DNA of 64,000 nucleotides. It comes from an uncultured Gemmatimonadales bacterium (GTDB lineage Bacteria; Gemmatimonadota; Gemmatimonadetes; Gemmatimonadales; GWC2-71-9). This document shows positions 28,051-36,064 of this stretch, piece after piece. The notes under the pieces are model-generated. The model ran no database searches. It was given only the letters and a program-made list of their open reading frames with translations, and was not told the origin of the DNA. How positions within the stretch are numbered: position 1 is the stretch's first letter; every line of letters starts with the position of its first letter. Location of the stretch: assembly GCA_963695555.1 (NCBI GenBank), contig CAVOGR010000001.1, forward strand, positions 96,001 to 160,000, written 5' to 3'. The translations under genes and the position numbers were made by a program.

Positions 28051-29065
28051 GTCGTTCTTCGAAATGAGTCGGCAGCTCCAACGACCTGCCTCCCGCGGCC
28101 ACCCAGCCGGCCACCCACTCGATCATCTGCTCGACCGACACCTCGGGCGGGCCGAACAATCGGTAGGATCTACTGGGATCGCTGAGCAGCGCCGTGTCGG
28201 ACTCCGCTCCGGTGAACCGAGGTTCGATACCCCAGATCCCACCGAAGCGGTGAGCCAGCTCTCGAATGCTCACCTTGTCGCCCGTCAGATTCAGCACGAG
28301 GGGAGGTGAGGCCGCGTGGGCCAGGGCGGCAAGGATTCGCGCATTGGCGTCACGCTGCCAGATCAGGTTGACCCATCCCATGGAAAGGTCGAGCGGCTCC
28401 CGGCGGTAGACTCGGTCGGCGATGTCCCGCAGCACACCGTAGCGAAGTTCGATCGCGTAGTTGAGCCGGAGCACGGCTGCTGATGTATGGCTGTGACGCG
28501 AGAAGAACTCCACGATACGCTCCCGTGCGAGAGCCGACACCGCGTAGTCGCCCACGGGCCCCAAAGAGTCGGCTTCGGTGGCGCCACTGCCTCCGGCCGG
28601 GCTCATGGCATACACGTTCCCGGTCGAGAGCACGACCCACCGCGCCTCCGGAAACCGCTGCATGGCCGCGCCGCTCAGGTATGCGTTCGTGGCCCACATC
28701 CGGGTCGGCTCCGCGGCGGTGCCGAATTTCTGTCCTACGAGATAGAGGACGTTCTCGACCCTGGGCAGCGCGTCGAACCCTGAGTCGGCCAACAGATCGC
28801 AGGCGATGGTCTCGACACCAGCCCGGTCGAGAAGTTGTCGAGTGTCCGGACGTGAGAAGCGCGCTGCGCCGATAATGCGGCGGCGCGTACCGGCGGCCTC
28901 GGAGGCGCGTCGTGCCAACCGCGCAAGGCTGGGTCCCATCTTGCCCGACACGCCGAGAACAAGCACATCGCCGTCCAGGTCGCGCATGGCCTCGACCACC
29001 GCCTCGGTCGGGGTCGAGAGCAGGTCGTCGAGCTCGAGCTCAGTCTGCGGAGGCGGCATGGTCAA
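28037..29065 (-). CDS. NAD-dependent epimerase/dehydratase (atypical extended SDR)
   Basis: VLGVSGKMG Rossmann motif; STGNVY; RLNYA; overlaps the DHDPS-like gene. Confidence 0.85.
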   Translation of the reverse strand: MTMPPPQTELELDDLLSTPTEAVVEAMRDLDGDVLVLGVSGKMGPSLARLARRASEAAGTRRRIIGAARFSRPDTRQLLDRAGVETIACDLLADSGFDALPRVENVLYLVGQKFGTAAEPTRMWATNAYLSGAAMQRFPEARWVVLSTGNVYAMSPAGGSGATEADSLGPVGDYAVSALARERIVEFFSRHSHTSAAVLRLNYAIELRYGVLRDIADRVYRREPLDLSMGWVNLIWQRDANARILAALAHAASPPLVLNLTGDKVSIRELAHRFGGIWGIEPRFTGAESDTALLSDPSRSYRLFGPPEVSVEQMIEWVAGWVAAGGRSLELPTHFEERHGRF

Positions 29066-29257
29066 GGGCGCCCGTTATCTTCCTCGTGTCCGGGCCTGCG
29101 ATATTTGCCGCGTGTGCCTGCCCGGGCTGGGCATGCGTCTCCCCGGCAGGTCGTCCCGCACTGCGTGGTGTTGGGTAGAACTCATGAGGGCAGCACCTCC
29201 CCAGTTTATGCACTTAGTTTCCGTGCACTACATGTTTCGAGCAAGGGCAGGGAAGTG

Positions 29258-31111
29258 ATGGATCAAACTCGGCGACTCTCTCGGGCGACGCGCCTGGCTC
29301 TCTTCATGATGGCCCTGGCCGTTGCGGCTCAGCCGGCCCCGGCCCAGGAGCCTGACTCCGCCAAGACGCTCACCTTTGCGTCCGGCAACCTGCAGCTGGC
29401 CGGCCAGCGGCTGGAGGTGGACCTCGGCACGCTTCGAGTGCCGGAGGTTCGAGGCAACCCGCTGGGTCGGACGCTGACCCTTCCCGTGGTGCGCTTCGAA
29501 AACACGGCGACCAATCCTGGCTCCCCGATCGTATACTTGGCGGGTGGCCCCGGCGAGCCTGGTGTCGGTGCGGTGCAAGGTAGCCTGGCGCCGATGGTCC
29601 TTGCCCTGAGACAGGTCGCCGATGTCATCGCGCTCGAACTCAGGGGAACCGGACAGGCAGCCGATTCCATGCAATGTCCGGAGAAGGACCACCTGCCGCT
29701 CGATCGTCCGGGCAGTCCTGAGCGCTATCGTTCGCGGGTCCTCAAGCATGCAGCCTCGTGCATCGAGTTCATGCAGCGCCATGGCATCGACCTTTCCGGA
29801 TACACCGTCGAAGCCAGCGTGAACGATTTGCAGGACCTGAGGCAGGCCTTGGGCGCGGAGAAGCTGACGCTCTGGGCATTCGGATCCGGAACCCACCTGG
29901 CGCTGGAGATGGCGCGACGCTACCCGGCCAGTGTGGACCGTATGATCCTCGCCGGCATCCAGGGCCCCGACCAGACGCTGGCGCTGCCGAGTGATGGCGA
30001 TGCCGCGCTGCAGGAGCTGGTCGACCTTGCCGGGAGCGACACCGCCTATGCAGGGTACCCGGACCTCCTCGGCACGCTCCGGCAGGTGCTCGATCGCCTC
30101 GACCGCGAGCCGGTGCGAGTGGAGGTGTTGCCGAAGCGTCGCGTGGTCGTGGGGAAGTGGGATCTGCAGAAACGTTTGGCGGATGCGATCGAGAGCCAAG
30201 GTGAGCTCGAGCGGATCCCGGCGTCGATTGTGGAGATGTCTCGGGGTGACTTCACCGACTTGGGACGCTGGGCGTACGGGTTTCGTCGCGGCCTGAGCTG
30301 GTCGGCGGCGGCGCTCGCCACAACCTGTGCGTCGTATGCGTCGGCAGAGCGCTTCGAGCGCATCGCATCGGAGGCGCCGTCGTCGGTGGTTGGTACCGCG
30401 GCCGACTATCCGCTTCCTGATGTCTGCCAGGTGCCGGGCCTTCCCCGGTTGAGCGATGACGTTCGCGCTCCAGTCCGCTCTGCCATCCCGACGCTCTTCA
30501 TCAGCGGAACGCTGGACGGGCGCACACCGGGAAGGAACGCGGCGGCAGTTGCAGCCGGATTCGAGCAGTCACAGCAGCTGGTACTGCGCGGTGTGACGCA
30601 TGACGGCCTTGTCAGGGCTTCACCGACCCTGGTGGAAACCGTGCTGGCGTTCGCGCGTGGTGAGGCGATTCGCGACACCGTGATCGACGGACCGACCTTG
30701 GACTTCGTCCGGCTGTATCCGCGCTCGCTGGCGACGGAGGTTCTCCGGCGGCTCACGGAGACCAATTATGCCGCCACAGTCGACTGGTACCACGAACAGC
30801 GTCGAACGAGCGGTTCGGAGCCCATGTACGACTTCAATGAGCGGGTGCTCAACACCCTGGGGTATGACCTGCTGCGGGCGGATGAGATCGAGCTTGCCCT
30901 CGCGGTGTTTCATCTCAATACCGAGGCCTATCCCGGAGGCTTCAACACTTGGGACAGCCTGGGGGAGGGCTATCTGGTTGCCCGGGACACGCTGCGCGCC
31001 ATTCGCAATTATCGGAAGTCACTCGCGCTCAACCCCGACAACGGCAACGCACGGGCGATCCTCTCGGAGCTTCAACGCAGGTCCCCGAACGCCGAGGGCC
31101 GCCGTCGCTAG
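29258..31111 (+). CDS. Secreted alpha/beta hydrolase fold (TAP-like) with C-terminal TPR; nucleophile elbow degenerate
   Basis: Signal peptide; YLAGGPG, RGTG, SGTLDGRTP, THD; TPR NTWDSLGEGY...YRKSLALNPDN. Confidence 0.85.
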   Translation: MDQTRRLSRATRLALFMMALAVAAQPAPAQEPDSAKTLTFASGNLQLAGQRLEVDLGTLRVPEVRGNPLGRTLTLPVVRFENTATNPGSPIVYLAGGPGEPGVGAVQGSLAPMVLALRQVADVIALELRGTGQAADSMQCPEKDHLPLDRPGSPERYRSRVLKHAASCIEFMQRHGIDLSGYTVEASVNDLQDLRQALGAEKLTLWAFGSGTHLALEMARRYPASVDRMILAGIQGPDQTLALPSDGDAALQELVDLAGSDTAYAGYPDLLGTLRQVLDRLDREPVRVEVLPKRRVVVGKWDLQKRLADAIESQGELERIPASIVEMSRGDFTDLGRWAYGFRRGLSWSAAALATTCASYASAERFERIASEAPSSVVGTAADYPLPDVCQVPGLPRLSDDVRAPVRSAIPTLFISGTLDGRTPGRNAAAVAAGFEQSQQLVLRGVTHDGLVRASPTLVETVLAFARGEAIRDTVIDGPTLDFVRLYPRSLATEVLRRLTETNYAATVDWYHEQRRTSGSEPMYDFNERVLNTLGYDLLRADEIELALAVFHLNTEAYPGGFNTWDSLGEGYLVARDTLRAIRNYRKSLALNPDNGNARAILSELQRRSPNAEGRRR

Positions 31112-31144
31112 CATTCCACGCGTCGTCGGCCCCATCTTTGGGCC

Positions 31145-32254
31145 ATGAACGTCCACGGGTCCCCCTATCGGACAATCCGCATCGCCGACGATGGCTGGGC
31201 CGTCGAGATCATCGACCAGACCGCGCTGCCCCATCGCTTTCGGCTCATGCGCCTCGAAACGGTGGACCAGGTGGCACACGCGATTCGGACGATGCAAGTG
31301 CGCGGCGCGCCGCTGATCGGAGCCGCAGCCGCGTATGGCATGGCACTCGCCGCGCGACAGGATGCGTCGGACAGCGCCCTGAAGCAGGCCGGCGAATCGC
31401 TCTGTCGGACCCGTCCTACCGCGGTCAACCTTGCCTGGGCCGTCGATCGTGTGTCGGCAGTGCTGCGAGAGCTTCCTCGTGGCGAGCGGGTCCGGGCGGC
31501 CTACGCGGAGGCCGGCGAGATCGCCGAGAACGATGTCGAAACGTGCCGGAAGATCGGCGAGCACGGTCTCCCCGTCATTCGTGAGATTGCGGAGCGGAAG
31601 CAGGGTCGGCCGGTGCAGATCCTGACGCACTGCAATGCCGGATGGCTGGCCACCGTCGATTACGGCACGGCGCTGAGCCCGGTCTACCAGGCGTTCGACG
31701 CCGGCATCCGTGTGCATGTATGGGTCGATGAAACGCGTCCGCGAAACCAGGGGGCCGGCCTGACGGCCTGGGAGCTTGGCGCCCATGGGGTTCCGCATAC
31801 CATCATCGTCGATAGCGCCGCGGCGCATCTCATGCAGCGCGGCAGGGTCGATCTCTGCATCACGGGCACGGACCGCACCACGGTGTCGGGCGATGTCTGC
31901 AACAAGATCGGTACCTACCCCAAGGCGCTGGCCGCCCACCGCAGCAGCATTCCCTTTTACGTGGCCGTCCCGCATTCGAGCATCGACTGGGCCATCCGCG
32001 ACGGAGTGGCCGACATCCCGATCGAGGAGCGGGACATGACCGAAGTGACCCACGTGACGGGGCGGACTGCTGGGGGAGACATCGAGACCGTCCAGGTTGG
32101 GCCTCCAGAGAGTTCGGCCCTCAACATCGCCTTCGATGTGACACCGCGGGATCTGGTCACCGGTCTGATCACCGAACGTGGCATGTGCCCCGCCTCCGAA
32201 GCCGGCCTCCTCTCGCTCTACCCAGAGCGAGCAACCGCCTCACGATCGCCATGA
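31145..32254 (+). CDS. mtnA: S-methyl-5-thioribose-1-phosphate isomerase
   Basis: VRGAPLIG, RPTAVNL, LTHCNAG, DETRPRNQGA.LTAWEL, NKIGTY, FDVTP. Confidence 0.95.
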   Translation: MNVHGSPYRTIRIADDGWAVEIIDQTALPHRFRLMRLETVDQVAHAIRTMQVRGAPLIGAAAAYGMALAARQDASDSALKQAGESLCRTRPTAVNLAWAVDRVSAVLRELPRGERVRAAYAEAGEIAENDVETCRKIGEHGLPVIREIAERKQGRPVQILTHCNAGWLATVDYGTALSPVYQAFDAGIRVHVWVDETRPRNQGAGLTAWELGAHGVPHTIIVDSAAAHLMQRGRVDLCITGTDRTTVSGDVCNKIGTYPKALAAHRSSIPFYVAVPHSSIDWAIRDGVADIPIEERDMTEVTHVTGRTAGGDIETVQVGPPESSALNIAFDVTPRDLVTGLITERGMCPASEAGLLSLYPERATASRSP

Positions 32255-32940
32255 CCCATCCGGAAGGGGTCATCAAGTTCGAAGTGGACCACGAGAGTCG
32301 GCCGATCGACTATGACCGGCTCCACGAGCTCATCTGCCAATTGGTTGCGTGGCGTGAGATCATGGCTCTGACCGGGCTGGTGGGCCAGGACCCGCGCCGG
32401 TACGACGGGGCGGGATACGGCAACGCCAGCGTGCGGGTCGGACGGCCCGGCGCGGCGCTGGGCCGTCGGAGCTACCTCATTACCGGCACGCAGACGTCGG
32501 GCAAGCGCTGCATCGGCCCGGACGACTTTGCCATGGTCGAGCAATACGATCACCGCCGCAACTGGCTGAAGAGCCACGGCCGCACGGAGCCGTCCTCGGA
32601 GTCGCTGACCCACGGTGCAACCTACGACCTGGGCCCGCACATCCGATGCGTGTTGCACGCCCACACCCCGGTGCTCTGGCGCCGGTCCCGCGAGCTGCGA
32701 CTTCCCACCACCGAGCCTCATGTGCCGTATGGAACGCCGGCAATGGCCGCGGAGGTGCAGCGGCTGTATCGCGACGGGGTCTTTGCCGAGCGGCGCATCC
32801 TCGCCATGGGCGGCCATGAGGACGGCATTCTGGTCTTTGGGCGGACGCCGGAGGACGCGGGGCAGGTGCTGCTGGCCTGGTTGGCCCGTGCCTATGAGCG
32901 AGACTGCGGATCCTCGGGCGGGAGTTTCTGCCGCGTCTAG
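32251..32940 (+). CDS. Class II aldolase/adducin family protein
   Basis: GNASVR, ITGTQT, PSSESLTH, HAH, GHEDG; ATGA overlap with mtnA. Confidence 0.88.
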   Translation: MTHPEGVIKFEVDHESRPIDYDRLHELICQLVAWREIMALTGLVGQDPRRYDGAGYGNASVRVGRPGAALGRRSYLITGTQTSGKRCIGPDDFAMVEQYDHRRNWLKSHGRTEPSSESLTHGATYDLGPHIRCVLHAHTPVLWRRSRELRLPTTEPHVPYGTPAMAAEVQRLYRDGVFAERRILAMGGHEDGILVFGRTPEDAGQVLLAWLARAYERDCGSSGGSFCRV

Positions 32941-33047
32941 CTCGAGGTTCGTGGTGCAACCTTCGCCCACGATACGCTGATCACGGGGAGAATGTCTCAT
33001 CCCCAGGGCCAGCGACGCCCCTGACACCCGCAACCGGTTCCGTAGCT

Positions 33048-34031
33048 GTGTCCGACCTGCGCCGAATAGTCCAAAGATCGATCTATTATCTGCAGAACTT
33101 CCTGCGCGACGTTACTCCACAGGCTCTCTTTCGGTCGCGGCTGAGTGGCATCCTCGGAGATCTGAACCGATACGATCGTCATGAGATTGCCGATCGAGTC
33201 GCGTACTACAACAAACTACGCCACAGCTTCACACTTGGAGATACGGCTACGACTATGGATCGTATTAGTACGAGACATTCGATGTATTATTACGATCTCA
33301 AACAACACGCACGGTACTTTCCCCGCCATCTTCGATTGCACTACGCGTTTGGCGATATCACCTCGGTACCTGACACGCCATCCTTCCTGAAGAGTAGGCC
33401 GATCGCCGGCGACAACGAGAATGCGGTTCTGTTGAATCTGGTCAAGCTTCGCCACTTCTACTTCCCGCGTGACCGAGTTCCCTTTGAAGCGAAGAAGGGG
33501 ATGGCGGTCTGGCGCGGCAGCCTAGGCCGGAACAACCCGACACGCCGTGCCTTGTTGATGCGGTATCGTGATCATGCACTGTGCAACATAGGCTACACCA
33601 GAAGCAAGCTGAGCGAGGATATCCCACCATCCCCCTACTTGCCGCCAGGCGCCCAACTGCGCTATCGGTACATCGTGTCGATCGAAGGGAATGATGTTGC
33701 AACGAACCTGAAGTGGATCATGGCCTCGAATTCGCTTTGCCTCATGCCTGCCCCAGTCCATGAGACATGGTTCATGGAGGGGCGGCTCGAACCAGGGAAG
33801 TGCTTCGTCCAGCTTCGTGACGACCTTGAAGACCTGGAAGAGAAGATTCTCTATTACGAAAAGCATTGGGACGAAGCTCGGGCAATCATCCAGAATGCCA
33901 ACCGTTCCACACTCGGGTTCAAGGATGCCCGGAAGGAGCGACTGATATCGCTGCTGGTGATGTACCAGTATTTCGTCCTGTCCGGGCAGATGGAACCGGA
34001 CGAACAGATCGGTACCATGCTGATGAGGTGA
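33048..34031 (+). CDS. Glycosyltransferase family 90 (CAP10/LpsA-like)
   Basis: KSRPI, VWRG, SIEGNDVATNLKWIMASNS, ETWFMEGRL. Confidence 0.85.
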   Translation: MSDLRRIVQRSIYYLQNFLRDVTPQALFRSRLSGILGDLNRYDRHEIADRVAYYNKLRHSFTLGDTATTMDRISTRHSMYYYDLKQHARYFPRHLRLHYAFGDITSVPDTPSFLKSRPIAGDNENAVLLNLVKLRHFYFPRDRVPFEAKKGMAVWRGSLGRNNPTRRALLMRYRDHALCNIGYTRSKLSEDIPPSPYLPPGAQLRYRYIVSIEGNDVATNLKWIMASNSLCLMPAPVHETWFMEGRLEPGKCFVQLRDDLEDLEEKILYYEKHWDEARAIIQNANRSTLGFKDARKERLISLLVMYQYFVLSGQMEPDEQIGTMLMR

Positions 34032-34061
34032 CCCCGGTTCCGGCATCGTTTCGTCAAAGTT

Positions 34062-34093
34062 CTACGGCCCGGCTCAGGTGAGCCGGGCCGTAG
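34062..34093. terminator. Perfect 14-bp hairpin between convergent genes
   Basis: CTACGGCCCGGCTC-AGGT-GAGCCGGGCCGTAG. Confidence 0.65.
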
Positions 34094-34115
34094 TGTCTCG
34101 AACCTCCTGATGTTA

Positions 34116-35051
34116 TCAAGTGGCCGGAACGTTGCTGCGTGTGATGATGGTTGTTCCACATGCCGGATGTTCTATCGTGACAAGGGTGGTCTGACCGTTC
34201 CGGGTCACCGTCGCCTCAATGACGCCGGCGTCGAACCGCGGCCGCAGCGTGCAGTCGACGTTGTAATGGAGTGGAGTGGTCGTCGCCACTTGCACGCTAT
34301 AGGTGTTGATCACATTCCGAATCCATGTGGCGTTACCGTCAAACGACCAGGTGCCGCTCGGTAACCGGCTGCCGTAATCGATCGACCCCGCTACGTCCGC
34401 ATCGAAGAGGCCGTTCCAGTTCTTGCTGTGCTCCCCGCTATTGCCATTCGCAAACTCGAAGGTCGTCTTGAAGTTTGTAATGGTATGGGTGAGCTGGCTG
34501 CCAGGATTGCTGGGACTGCCGACGATCTGGCGGGTCCCGTCCCATGTCCGGGCGCGGAAGCGATCGACCACGGTGCTGCTCACGGTGCGTGCCAGGTCGG
34601 AGAAGATGAACCGGATGCCGAAGCCGGGAATAGCCGGATCCTCGATGCCCAAGGTGCCGCTCATCTGCACGTTCACGTTGGCCAAGGTGCAATCGAATCC
34701 GGTGTAATCGAAGAGCACCGCATCGGGCACGCGATCGTTGTCGAGATTCGCAGGCTGGGGAGGGGTGATGGTCGGCTGGCACACGCCGGTGGCACCCGGG
34801 ATCGGCGGGCCCGAAAACCCAACCTCCGCGAAGTCGACGTCGAAACCGGTCGTGTTGTCGTAGGTCGAGGCCTCCGCAAACGACTCGGCATCGTCGCTGA
34901 CCATGGCGCCCAGCTCGTCGGCCTCGGCCTGGCTCAGGGCCACGGTCGTGCCGCCCGGGGCAGTGACTTCTTCACTGCACGCGGTGAGGGCCAATGCTAC
35001 CGCCATGGCGCCGGCCGCTATCAGTCTCGTCAAGGGGAAAGAGGTCTGCAT
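34116..35051 (-). CDS. Hypothetical beta-rich lipoprotein
   Basis: Lipobox LTAC; NLDNDRVPD Ca-binding-like loop; four further Cys. Confidence 0.75.
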   Translation of the reverse strand: MQTSFPLTRLIAAGAMAVALALTACSEEVTAPGGTTVALSQAEADELGAMVSDDAESFAEASTYDNTTGFDVDFAEVGFSGPPIPGATGVCQPTITPPQPANLDNDRVPDAVLFDYTGFDCTLANVNVQMSGTLGIEDPAIPGFGIRFIFSDLARTVSSTVVDRFRARTWDGTRQIVGSPSNPGSQLTHTITNFKTTFEFANGNSGEHSKNWNGLFDADVAGSIDYGSRLPSGTWSFDGNATWIRNVINTYSVQVATTTPLHYNVDCTLRPRFDAGVIEATVTRNGQTTLVTIEHPACGTTIITRSNVPAT

Positions 35052-35207
35052 GGTTCACGCTCCTGTATGTGCTATGGTTGGACCAGAGGCCCATATCGCC
35101 TCCAATCTGCCCAGGAGACGTGCCAGGCGCTGTAATGTTAAGTCGTTAGAGATTAGTGATCTACATCACCATAGCCGGTGACGGAGATCACGCCGCCCTG
35201 GGGATGC

Positions 35208-36038
35208 CTAGGAGGCGGTCTTGCGCTTGGGTTTGGCGGGTGTCTCCTCGGCGGCGGCCTCTCTCCCGCCCTCGGCGAGGCTTGCCTTGAGGGCCGCCAT
35301 GAGGTCGAGGATCTTCGTCTGGGGAGCTTCCGCCGGCTCGGAGGTGATTTCCTCGCCCTCGACCTTCCGTTGGATGGCTTCGAGGACCCGGTCGCGCACG
35401 TGATCGCGGTAGGCCTCGGGCTTGAACGCGTCGGTGGCCGTCTGACTGATCAGCTGCTTGGCCAGTTCGAGCTCTTGCTCCTTGACCTCGCCTGGGTCGC
35501 CGGGGACTTCGGACGCGGGCCGCAACTCATCGGCGTAGTGGAGTTGCTCCAACACCAGGATGCTGTCGATGGGTCGAACCAGGATTAGGTGCTGTTGACC
35601 GCGTGCAGCGTATTGGCCCAGGGCAGCCCGCCCAGTTTGCTTGAGGGCCTCCGCCAAGAGACGGTAGGCGCGCTCGCCGCCCTTGTCCGGACCGAGATAG
35701 TAGGCCTTGTCGAGGTAGAGACGATCGACCTGGTCCAGGGGGACGAATTCCGAGATGTCGATCGAGTTCGTCGCTTTCTCGTCCAGGGCCTTGAGTTCTT
35801 CCGGAGTAAACAGCACGTATTGGCCCTTGGAGAACTCGTAGCCCTTGACCATCTCGTCCTTGGCCACGACTCGGCCGTCGGCGGCGCTGATATACTGTTG
35901 CTTGAGGCGCGACCCGGTCTTCTTATCGACCCAGTTGAACGAGATCCTGGCCGCGGACTCGGACGAGGAGTAGAGTTTGATCGGGACGGAGACCAAACCG
36001 AAGGAAATTGTCGCGGCAGCAATGGGGCGTGCACTCAT
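35208..36038 (-). CDS. ku: Non-homologous end joining protein Ku
   Basis: ISFGLVSVPIKLYS, KGYEF, YYLGP, LHYADE, DLMAALKASL. Confidence 0.95.
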   Translation of the reverse strand: MSARPIAAATISFGLVSVPIKLYSSSESAARISFNWVDKKTGSRLKQQYISAADGRVVAKDEMVKGYEFSKGQYVLFTPEELKALDEKATNSIDISEFVPLDQVDRLYLDKAYYLGPDKGGERAYRLLAEALKQTGRAALGQYAARGQQHLILVRPIDSILVLEQLHYADELRPASEVPGDPGEVKEQELELAKQLISQTATDAFKPEAYRDHVRDRVLEAIQRKVEGEEITSEPAEAPQTKILDLMAALKASLAEGGREAAAEETPAKPKRKTAS

Positions 36039-36064
36039 GAGCAAAATCATACGAGATTCCTAGT

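Noticed and set aside
35111..35125. Sigma-54 promoters at TGGCAC (minus strand, 35120-35125 and 7249-7254)
   Set aside because: The -24 element is good but the -12 GC is missing (GG and TC respectively); not called
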